64,000 nucleotides of DNA from Selaginella moellendorffii. Taxonomy: Eukaryota > Plantae > Lycopodiophyta. A program made the position numbers and the translations under genes. The stretch spans positions 1,869,715 to 1,933,714 of the forward strand of contig NW_003314284.1 of assembly GCF_000143415.4 (NCBI RefSeq), given 5' to 3'. The notes under the pieces are model-generated. The model worked only from the letters and a program-made list of their open reading frames with translations, did not search any database and was not told the origin of the DNA. Below are positions 10,186 to 21,029 of this stretch, one piece after another. The first letter of the stretch is position 1, and the number at the start of each line of letters is the position of its first letter.

Positions 10186-11939
10186 CTACACGCCGTACAA
10201 CGGCATCCCCATTTTTACGAAGAAGTACACTAGAGCTCCCGTGAACATGTAGCTATCCACACGGTCGAGAATTCCACCTGTGTAGGCATAGCGATCAGCA
10301 AAAAAAAAATAGGTCACTAGCCTATAAGATTCTTACCATGGCCTGGAATGAGCCTTCCGGAATCTTTCACGCCAGCGTCGCGTTTGATCATCGACTCTGT
10401 GAGATCACCAAAAAGAGATGCCATGAAGACGAGCACCGCCAACACTACTGCGCTGCAGACGCACACCAAAAGAAGAAGAAGAAGTTTAGAGAACTTTTAA
10501 ACGCGAAGCTTACTTGAGAATCGATGATGGCCATTGTAGCAACTTCGAGAGCAAGATGGTGATTGCAATCGCCGAAGTCAAGCCAACAGCGGCTCCCTCG
10601 AACGTCTTCTTGGGACTCACGTCACTCAGCGGAGTTCTTCCGAGAAGCTGTTCACGGAAGAATCAAGAATAAAAGCGATTCTAACGAAACTTCCAACCTT
10701 GCCACCGAGAAAGGCTCCCGTATCAGCAGCAATAACACCACAGAAGGACACGAAAGTTGCAATGAGACCAACTGTCCAGTGCGCTCGGCCACCGAGTAGA
10801 ACCGGCCAGCAAACCGCGAGCTCTGCACTAACACCGGATAGCTAAGACGAGAAAACGCAAAGAAGAAAGAAAACGTGAACTTACTTGTTTGAAGAGCAGG
10901 GACTGCCAAAGCTCGTAGCTTCACCCAGAAGGTCGGCAAGTAACCACAGTAGAAAATTCCAAAGAATCCACTGCTGAGCTGAGAGAAGCGTGGACTCCCC
11001 CGTTGGAGTAGTAGTGTGGTTGCCAGAAAGAACGCTGCGGTGGTCACGGACACTCCCATGCGTCCCCCAAAGTATCTATGAGATGCACACGGTTCCACCT
11101 GTGAATTACATATATAAAACTGATGCTTACGATCGCTCAGCTTATAGACAATCTAAATCCGTAAGAAGGATTCAAAGAACACGAAAGAAGCTTGAAAGTA
11201 AGAAAACTTACAGTGTCATCAGAGGCATTGCTGCGCAGAAGGCCGAGCACATATGGATCACGAACATTGGTGGCGGCGCTGTTCCTTGGCTTATGCCTTT
11301 GCTTCTCACGAGCTCGAAGTATTCCCTTGTCCCGAGCAGTATAGCGCATGACACCGCAGAAGCGAAGAGCCAGCCACCCGCGACAACCGGCGCGATCACT
11401 CCGAAGCCTATGGACAAGCCGAAGACGATCCGGTCTTTGAGCTGCTTGCGCTTCTCTCGTCTCTGTTCCTCGAGGTTCTAGAAACAAAGCACGTTTACTG
11501 ATCAATCAAAGTATGAACTAGAGAATGAAAATGTTCCTGATACTTCGAATGCGGTAAGAAAGAGGCGAGAAAAAATCACGCAACAATCAGTGGCGATGAA
11601 TCCACTATGCCAACTTATCGAGAATTCTCACACTATCAACATCTCATAGTCCTTGATTCTCTGATGCATAAAAAACGAGAGAAAAATAAAAGGAATTCTC
11701 ACCTCGGAGGGAACTTCACCCTCGCGAGCGTCCGTCTTGAAAGCTCTGAACGCCACAGCCACGGCCAAATTCCTCCTGGAGTGCCGAGAAGATGGACAAG
11801 ACCACAAGTGGCCATACCGCGGATTGGAGGAGCTCAAAGGGAAGGAATGCAAGGGAGCAAGAGCAAGAGCAAGAGGAGGAGGCGCCAATGGGGCGGAATA
11901 GTGCAGCCATGGCGCCGTAGCGATCAAACAGCTACTCAT
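10186..11939 (-). CDS. Plastid phosphatidate cytidylyltransferase (CDP-DAG synthase, CDS4/5-like), multi-exon
   Basis: Transit-like N-terminus; [60 protein letters not shown] signature. Confidence 0.92.
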
Positions 11940-12064
11940 TCTCAAGAATCCTGCCACGAGCCCAACACCATCTCCTTACTTTTAGGGTTCATAGGTCTCG
12001 CGTAAGATTATAAAAGAAAGAGCTCGTGTTCTATACAGGATCACCTATAAGTTTGATAGGATTT

Positions 12065-12687
12065 CTACAAGGAATCGTCCAGCGGGAAGCGTTTCCGGAT
12101 GGGCCGCGACGGTGGAAGCAATCCTCGCCGAGCCTGGCGCTTGAGATAGTGCCGTCGCGCAGCGATCATCTCCTTGTGGGTTGGCCCCTGCGCAAGTAGC
12201 AAAGAATCGATCATCCAAGGACGAAGAAGAAGAAGAAAGAAATTGGAGGAATTTACCTTTGGAAGATCCATGATCTCCTCTGGGACGTGAGGCGTTCCTC
12301 CCTCCTGTCCTTCCTGCGTAGAACAAACCATCCAATCCAATCCAATCCAGCAAGGGAGTGAAAACTCCATAGCTATACCTCCTGGGTGTCAATGGGGCCG
12401 CCGGGGAAGAGCTCGTATCGCTTGGCGAATCCCCGGCGCGCCACTCTGGAGAATGTGGGCACGAACCTGGGCGCGTTGGGATCGGTGGTGAGGTCGGACA
12501 GGTCGGAGAGGCCGCTGATATCATTGAAATCGGGCTCCGGAGATGGAGTCGGATTGGAATTGGAATACGTGCACCTCACCGCCACCGCGCTCGACGATGA
12601 TCTCGATCGATCCGCTCGAATGCCAATGCCTGGGCGCGCTGGGATCTGGGTGAGAATCCCCGCTAGACAGGGGAGGAGGCTCACCAT
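12065..12687 (-). CDS. Hypothetical small protein with plastid transit-like peptide (3 exons)
   Basis: MVSLLPCLAG...SSSSAVAVRC is transit-like; two short GT-AG introns join the frames; basic C-terminus RRHYLKRQARRG. Confidence 0.55.
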
Positions 12688-12849
12688 AGCCAAAAACCCT
12701 GGGAAAATATCTGTGCTCTAAATTTTAGGGTTCTAAAAAATTAAAGGTAGCAACTAGAATTTACAAAGTAAAAACGAACTCTTCCGGCAAAAAATTCACA
12801 AGAAAAGAAAACGTATACGACCTCTCTACGGTTCCATTGTCACGCGACT

Positions 12850-14928
12850 CTAGCTTCTGTGCGATTTTTTGCCGATCTTCTTCTTTTTCTCTCCATTCAC
12901 GCTGGACGCGGTGAGCTTGTTCTTGTTGCCCACGACGAGCCTCTCCACTGACGATCTCCTGAGCTCGCGAGCGGCTCGAAAGTTCTCGGATTCCTGTGCC
13001 TTGAATCTCCGGATGTAATCGTCGTTGGCCGGAGGCATCGAGCAGGGAGAAGTTTGCGAGTTCGACGTTTCCGTGCGCTTGAGAAACTCGAGCTGCTCGG
13101 CCTCGGCGATGCAAGTCACGGCACTCTTGCACAGGAGCTGCGCTCCCTCTGGAACTCTCGGCTTAAATCTCTGCAGCTTCGCGTACTCTCGCAAGAGATG
13201 GAGCATGTACTCGTACACCCGATCCATGCTCAAGTCCTTCCTCAGAAACTCCTGTGCGTGGCTCCCAATCGCCTCGGCCTGTATATCAAATCGATCAAAC
13301 TCTAGAAACTCTCAACCGGATTTTTCGAAGTGGAGAGACTGACCTCCTTGGGATGACTGTTTCCCCACTTGACTGCGTGATCGATCGACGAGCACATGTC
13401 CTGACGATCAATCGGCCAGTAGTGGTGGAGTGGAAGCAGCCCTCGCATGAAAAAGTCGTGGTAATCGGGCTGGACGATCAGGGTGGTGGATCCGCAAGCC
13501 ATGATGTACTTGAAGCTCACGGACCACGCGTGACCCTCTGCGTAGAGCTTGTACCTGGGACCACAGAGAAAAGAACCCCACTCAGTACTTCCACTAGAAG
13601 AAATCACTTCTTCCATAACTCTCGACAAAGCAAACTTCAAAGGAAGAGCTTCTTCCATAGCCATAACTGTGGAGAAAGCTCTCTAGAAAACTTCGAAAGC
13701 AAGAGCTTCCTCCATAGCCATAGCTTCGGAGAACGCCCGAAAATCTATGCAGTACCTGTGACGGCATTGATCCGAGAGCTTGGAGTTCTTGAATCCCTGC
13801 TGCGACTCGGCGATCCAATTCTACCAGGGTGAATGAATGAAGAACATTTGAGACCAAGCGCAATTGATGCAAACCTGGACGTATATGTCAGCGCCAAAGT
13901 CTCGCTTGTCGGTTTTGTTGCAGGCCAGCAGATCTGTCCTAACCTGCGCGCCAACGTGTGGATTCCCCTTCCAATGCGCGCGCGGCCGCCGATTCTCCCA
14001 GCGCGTCTCCTCCGAGCCATGGAAGATGGACGAAGCTTCCTCCCCCCACGCCCCAATGCGCACCTCCGCCCTAGAAAACCAAGCGAGAGATAAAGCTCGA
14101 GAGCTCGACAGATCGATGGAAGAAATCTTCGAGAGAGAAACTTACCACCCCCAAAAGGACCAATCTGGGAATGCGATGTCGACGGTGTCGCGCGAGCCAC
14201 AGTAGGCGAGGAGTGGCGGCGGCGCGCGGGATTTGTAGCGGCTGCGGCGGAAGTGTGGGCGATCCATGCAGTTAAACATGAACTCCACGTCGGGGACGGC
14301 GCCGGCGGGGAATCGCTCGAGCAGCAGCAGCAGACCCCAGAGCGTGAACATCGCGCGGCTCTGGACGCATTGGTAGTAGAGCTCGGCGTAGAGCTGGCCG
14401 CCGATGATCGCCACGCGGAAGGCGGCGAACTCGCGGGCCTCCTCCAGCGCCGCCCTGGAGATCCCGCCGCTCGCCCTCCACGGCGCCAGGTCGTGGTGGA
14501 TCCACTGGAAGAAGTCCGGGCACGACTGCTGCGACGAGGAGTTTGCCGCGGCGGGATTGGCGATCGCGGTCCATGGCGGCGCCGCGCACGAGAGGTAGGA
14601 GCATTCGAAGATCTTGTGCGCTCGGCTCCAGGAGATTTGGTTCTTCCGGGCGAGGGGGAAATGGTGCCATGGCGTCGGGAGGAGATTGTCGCCCGCGAGA
14701 GTCCTGGTGTAGAAGATCACGGACTACGACGAGAGAGAGCACCATGAATCATTTCAGCAAAAGGAAGAGAGAAGAGAAAATTCCACCACTTACGCTGTAG
14801 CTTGAAATGAGATACAAGGTGGGAACGAGGCAGAGCAGCAGAGAGAGTGGAATCACGGCACTGATCAAGTGCCTACCTGTGAATTTCTTTGCTCCTCTTG
14901 ATTTCATGGTTACTCTCTGGTAGGGCAT
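12850..14928 (-). CDS. Glycosyltransferase family 90 (DUF821, O-glucosyltransferase rumi-like), multi-exon
   Basis: N-terminal TM anchor; motifs CPDFFQWIHHDLAPW, VPDVEFMFNCMDRP, DIAFPDWSFWGW, RYKLYAEGHAWSVSFKYI and VYEYMLHLLREYAKL. The start could alternatively be ATG 14907. Confidence 0.92.
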
Positions 14929-14959
14929 TTGGAATTCCCTGTCCAAAAAAGGTCTTGGA

Positions 14960-17880
14960 TTTAAAGTTCAAGTTAAGATTAAAGTTAAAGTAAACTTAAA
15001 CAGAAAACGTAACCATAAACTTTAGTATTTACGAAAATTCTACCATAAAAAATAAAACAGAAAATCTACTGATATTTAAATTAGACATGTGAGGGCCAAG
15101 TGGATATACTATGCATTATAATTATAATATTCTATTATAATTTATCCAAATCTCCTAAAATATATAATTTATCATTCTTATATAAATTACATAAAAATTA
15201 ATATTTTAGACGTAAAAAATAACCATAAAATTTAATATTTAAAAAAATCCTACCATAAAAAATAAAACAGAAAATCTAATGATATTTAAATTAGACATAC
15301 TATGCATTATAATTATAATATTCTATTATAATTTACATAAATCTCTTAAAATATATAATTTATTATTCTTTTATAAATTACATAAAAAAATTTAATATTT
15401 TATGTTACATTTTAGACTAGTATTTGTTTCTATAGTTATTAGTTTTTTCTGACTTAGTGCAAATGAGGAAAATTACATTAAATATTGTGCATAAAGGTGA
15501 CATTTTTGATGAAAGTTCTAAGACAATTATTTGTATAAATTTAAAAATAATTTATAATTTAAATAAAAATATTTTCATTATTTATAATTATTCAAGGATT
15601 ATAATATTCTCTTATATTCAATAGCACATATTCTTTCAATCGAATATAAATGCACTTGAATAGTTCATTTTAGTCATTAGAAAATCATTAAAATTATTTT
15701 TCAATTCTATTGATTATATGATTTCATAAAAAATAGTAACTTTTAAGTAACACTTTCAGTTATTTAATTTATGGAAATACTATAGATTTAGTTATGCATT
15801 TTTTATATTCACAATAGTATTGTAAATCATTTTTTAGAATGACATTCAAATCCTTCAAAAAATTTAAATTTAATGCCTATTTTATTGATGCATTTTACAT
15901 TTTTTACATATAGCTAGATTAAGGTTTTTAACATTTTTAATATTTCATTTTTTTATTTCCTTCTATATTATAATCATTTTCATTCAATTAATAGTGAATT
16001 CTTGATATTTATCATATACAAAAAGATTATGAAACATGAAATATTACAAAAAAATTAATTTTATTCCTATAACAAAATAATTCAAATATTGTTGTAATTT
16101 TTTTATATAAAACATATTTAAAATAATGATGGGGACAATATGTGCATGTTACTTACTTACTAACTAAAAGTTATAATTTGGGGTTAACTTATTGGAGTTA
16201 TAAATTTTGTTATTTATTGTAATTTCTTTTAACTTGTCATAGTTGTTATTAATATAATAGAATCATAAAATAAATGAAATAATATTTCATTTATAAAAAA
16301 TTATAAATCTATAATCTATAATTTTAATAAAATATTATGCCCACTATTAGAATTTATATTTTGATCTTTTAAAATTTAGTTAACAAAGGAGTTAAAGATT
16401 GATTAGTGATATGTATAAACTTAAAATTATAAAATTTAAAACTTATAAAATCTTGAAATCTTATATTTTATTTTGAACAATTCAATGAAATTTCTTTCTC
16501 ATTTATTAATAATAACACTAAAAATATGATAAATAAAATTTTGTGTAAAAGCCTTTGAATTAGTATTTATTTTGTCTTTGAATATTTTTATTGATATTTT
16601 TTATATAACTGAAAGTTTTTAAATCAAGTATAAACTAATGTGACATTTTAGTTATACCTATATATAATTCTAACTAATGATAATATTATTACGATTGTTT
16701 TTATATAGAAAAAACTATCACTCTACAGTTTATGCCAGTTTTTTCAAGTTCACGCAGTACAGGATGAATGCTCTAATTTTTAACATAGATAACTAATATT
16801 TACATATTCTCTATTTTTATAAACTTAATTTAATAACTCATAAGTAAGTTTTGTAAAATAATGATTTTACTGTGAACATGATAATTAATGAAAATAACTT
16901 TTAATTTATTACAAATAATAATTTAGTTTGTGTTCACTTTGGCTACCTTATATTTTATTTTAATTTTAATTAAAATTGATTATGTTTCTTATTCAGCACA
17001 TTACCTTCTTATTTTTAAAATTAAGGTTTTAAATATTTTATACTGTTGACTCTACTCAATTTTGGAATTGCTAATTTGTAAACATATTTTGACAATGTAA
17101 TGATGTTGGATTTGCATTGTCATCACATGATTATCCATAAAGAATTTCCATTTATTTATTATTTCCAGTTTTTTCAATTGAAACTAATTATTTATAGTTT
17201 AAAATTTGATGAGTTAAAGTCTATATTTTAACTGAATTTTAAGAAATTTCAAAAAAAAACATCAAAGTACCATAATGCCTAGAGCTCCAAGCTTGGATGG
17301 AGCTGGGATTGGAGCATTGATGGAGTGTGGGGCATAAAACATGGCCAAGCGTAGGGAAGATGCGAAGAAAGTAGAGCTATGTCCCAATTGGTGATCGAGA
17401 TGATATTAAAGCTAGGAGAGGTGAAGCAGTCACCAACTTCTTATTAAAAAAAAAAAACGAGCAGATTAATGGACAACAATGCCCAGAGGGAAAGGATCAA
17501 ATTAGGAGTGTGATACACCCAAAACCAATGCTAAACACGAAGCCCCTTACGCCCTATGGCAAATGGGCAGTTCATGGAGCACCAAGCTAAATCATGGCAT
17601 TTTTCCCTTCTGCCAGAGAAGCATAGAATCCAAGGGTTTTGGGGAAGGCAAAAGAAGCTTGCAAACACTGAAGTGGGTTCATATCTCAAGGTTGAATTTT
17701 ATCAAACACCTGGAACAAGTTGGAGCAAGGAGCAAGGCCTGGAGTAAGGAGCAAGGAGCTTGAATGGAGCTAGGATCATGAAAGCTTGCATGGATGGAGG
17801 CGTGGAGTGTAGAAGATGAAAAGTGACCTGAAGATGATGACCATCCTTCATCTAACATTATTTCTATTGAATTACATGTT
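14960..17880. mobile_element. AT-rich, CpG-depleted island; probable decayed transposon of unassigned class
   Basis: Abrupt composition shift, no ORFs over about 2.3 kb, and an internal duplication. No transposon domain recognised. Confidence 0.45.
15011..15402. repeat. About 190-bp diverged tandem duplication
   Basis: 15011-15208 versus 15221-15402 share TACCATAAAAAATAAAACAGAAAATCTA and ATGCATTATAATTATAATATTCTATTATAATTTA. Copy 1 has about 20 extra bp (GTGAGGGCCAAGTGGATAT). Confidence 0.9.
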
Positions 17881-17909
17881 ACCCTAAAATATTTAGGAAA
17901 GAGTTTGCA

Positions 17910-20900
17910 ATGCTGAATTTCCAAGAAGAAATTGTGAGCGAGCTGGTCCAGGAGAACGCCCTAGCTGTCGTCGCCGCGGGCCTCGGTCTCCCATCCATCC
18001 TCGCCGCTCTCGTTCGCTTGCATTCCTCCTCCAGTGGCGTCCTCTTCCTCCTGTCGGTGCCGGATGACCTACGCAGAGGTCTGCGCGACGAGCTCCAGGT
18101 GAGAAAATCCTCCCTTGCTCTTCTCGAGCCCCGGCAATAATCTCGCCGCAGGCGCAAGACATTGGAGCGGAGCAGCCTGTGGAGATCAACACGCAGTTCA
18201 CGGCGGCGGAGAGGGCGGAGATGTATTCCAAGGGCGGCGCCTTCCTGGTCACGTCTAGGATCCTTGTGGTGGACATGCTCAACGAGAGAGTCCCCTTCCA
18301 CAAGGTAGCGGGGATTATTGTGAATAATTCGCACAGAATGACCGAGACGTGTGCAGAGGCTTTCATCGTCAGGCTCTACCGATCCAAGAACAAGGCAGGC
18401 TACGTGAGAGGCATCTCGGACCAAGCTCGAGGCCTCACTTCCGGATTCATGAAGATGGAGAGGGTGATGAAGAGTTTGCTGGTTAAGAAGCTCAATCTCT
18501 GGCCTCGATTCCACCTCTCCATCGCCACCGCGCTGGAGGAGAGCCCTCCCGACGTGGTGGACATTCGAGTTCCTCTCACCCCCAGCATGCTCGCTATACA
18601 AAACGCCATCCTCGAAGTGATGGACGCCTGCTTGAAGGAGCTGAGGAAGACCAACAAGGTGGACGTGGAGGATCTCACCGTCGAGAATGGCCTCTTCAAG
18701 TCGTTCGACGAGATCGTTCGCATGCAGCTGGATCCCATTTGGCATACCATTGGAAGAAAGACGAAGCGGCTCGTTGCCGACCTGAAGACGCTGAGGAAGC
18801 TTGCGGAGTATCTCATACGCTACGATGCGGTCACCTTTCTCAAGTACTTGGACACGGTGCGAGCCTCGGAGGGTGTCAAGTCGGTCTGGGTTTTTGCGGG
18901 GCCTGCTCACCGGATCTTTGAGCTGGCGAAACGGAGAGTTTATCAGATTGTGAGGACGGATGGAGAACAGGTGGAATCTGTAGTCAAGCAAGCAAGCCGA
19001 GCTGTGAGCAAAGGAAAAGCTCAGAGCAAGAACAAGGGGAGAAGAGAACAAGAGGAAGAGGAGGCAGACGCCAAAGTTTCTGGAAAGGGAGTGGAATTGG
19101 AAGTTGTTGCAGAAGAAATGCCCAAGTGGAAAGTCTATAAGGTCAGTTTTTACATTTTACGGGTAATGTCTCGTAACACCTCGCTTGCATGCAGGAAATT
19201 TTAGAGGAAATACAGCAAGAGATACAGAGCCGCCCTGCAGACTTGCCAGAAGATTCCTGGAAAAGTGAAGCTCGTGTTCTGGTGGCTTGCAAGGATGAGC
19301 GCACTGCCTGGCAGCTTCAACGTTTTATTTTGAAAGGACCGGAAGAGGTATAGAGCCAGCAGTGCTTTAAAGCCACTGACTTTTAGCTCGCTTGCAGCTT
19401 ATGCGAGAGGAGTGGAATAATTATTTACTGGCTAAGGCGGAACTTCACGGTATGACCCTGCGAGACAAAAAGAAAAGCCGCTCAAAACCTCAAGCTCAAC
19501 CTCAGAGTGCTCATGGCCTCGTCGAACAGACTGCTCTTCTTGCTGCATGCGCTGAAGTCGTAGCGCTTAATAAAATGGAGGAGTCCAGCGAGGCTGGTAC
19601 TTCGGGCAAACGTTGCAAAGGAAAGGGGAAAAGAAAGAAAAGGCCCGACAACACAGAGCAGCAAGTTTCGGAAGAGCCTGTGATTCCTTTGCAAAACACT
19701 GGAGCAACAGACATGTCTTTGGAAGACGTCGGTGCATCATCGCTTGTTCCCCCAGTTCAGTATTATGCTTTGGAAAGTGACCAGTACCGGATACTGGACA
19801 CTACAGGGCCTTCTTACGTGATTGTCTACGATCCAGACATGAAGTTTGTCAGGGAAATGGAGGTTTTCAAGGCCAAACATCCACAGAGACGTCTGAAAGT
19901 ATATTTTCTGTTCTACGAGGAGTCCACTGAAGGAAAGAAGTTTGAGGCAAGCATCCAACGTGAAACAACGGCCTTTGAAACGTTAATCAGGCAGAAGGCA
20001 TCGATGATCATTCCTGTTGATCAGGTGAGTATTCAGATTATTGGCTATGCCTTCGTTTACTCATGGGTGGGTGTTCTTCAGACATTGGATGTGCCAAGTC
20101 CTCAAGCACCTAATTCAGTCTCTTCCAGGAAAGCCGGAGGAAGGAAAAATATGGAAAAGCATATGCAGGTCCCTTATATTTTTAATTTTTACCACTTATC
20201 TCATAAAAGCTGTTACATCAGATTGTGGTCGACATGCGTGAATTTTCTAGCAGTCTTCCTTGTGTGCTGCATCAACAAGGCATGCGGATTTTGCCAGTGA
20301 CACTAGAAGTTGGGGACTACGTTCTGTCGCCAGAAATTTGCGTAGAACGCAAAAGTATTGCGGACTTGTACGCGAGCTTTTCCTCTGGCAGACTGTATCA
20401 TCAAGCCGAGACGATGACACGTTATTACAGACTCCCCGTCCTTCTCATAGAGTTCTCACAAGACAAAAGCTTCTCCTTACAGGTGACAAACTCCCTTGAT
20501 TCTTTCTGAAAAATTTTACCGGTATTTTTTTTCGTTTCCAGTCTGCAAACGAAGTTGGAGATGATATTGTGCCTGCAAATATCGTGTCCAAGATGTCTTT
20601 GCTGGTTTTGCACTTTCCTCGTCTTCGGATAGTATGGTCCCGCAGTTTACATGCGACGGCGGAGCTGTTTGCGACCTTGAAATCAAACCAAGATGAACCC
20701 GACGCTGAACGGGCGATGCGTGTTGGCGTTCCAACGGAAGATGGGCTTATCGAAGGCGATGTCCGGTAAGAACTTGTATTCTCGTTATCTAAATCTCTGG
20801 CTCATGTGCATGTCGTCTTAGAGCCGAGAATTACAACACGACCGCAGTGGAGATGCTACGTCGTCTGCCTGGAGTCACAGATGCCAATTACAGAACAATC

Positions 20901-21029
20901 ATGGACGGCTGTAAGAGCCTGGCGGAGCTCAGCATTATGCCTTTTGAGCAGCTGGCTGAGCTGATGGGTGGCCAAAGGCCTGCTCGTATGCTCCGGGATT
21001 TTCTCGACGCAAAGTTCCCAACGCTGTAA
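17910..21029 (+). CDS. UVH1: DNA repair endonuclease XPF/ERCC4 (UVH1/RAD1 ortholog), multi-exon
   Basis: Helicase-like N-terminus ([19 protein letters not shown]); nuclease motifs VDMREF and [15 protein letters not shown]; C-terminal HhH2 segment [12 protein letters not shown]. Confidence 0.96.

Noticed and set aside
14961-17242. Terminal inverted repeat for the first AT island (14961-14979 versus 17225-17242)
   Set aside because: About 16 of 19 matches with a gap in very AT-rich DNA and no TSD seen; compatible with chance.
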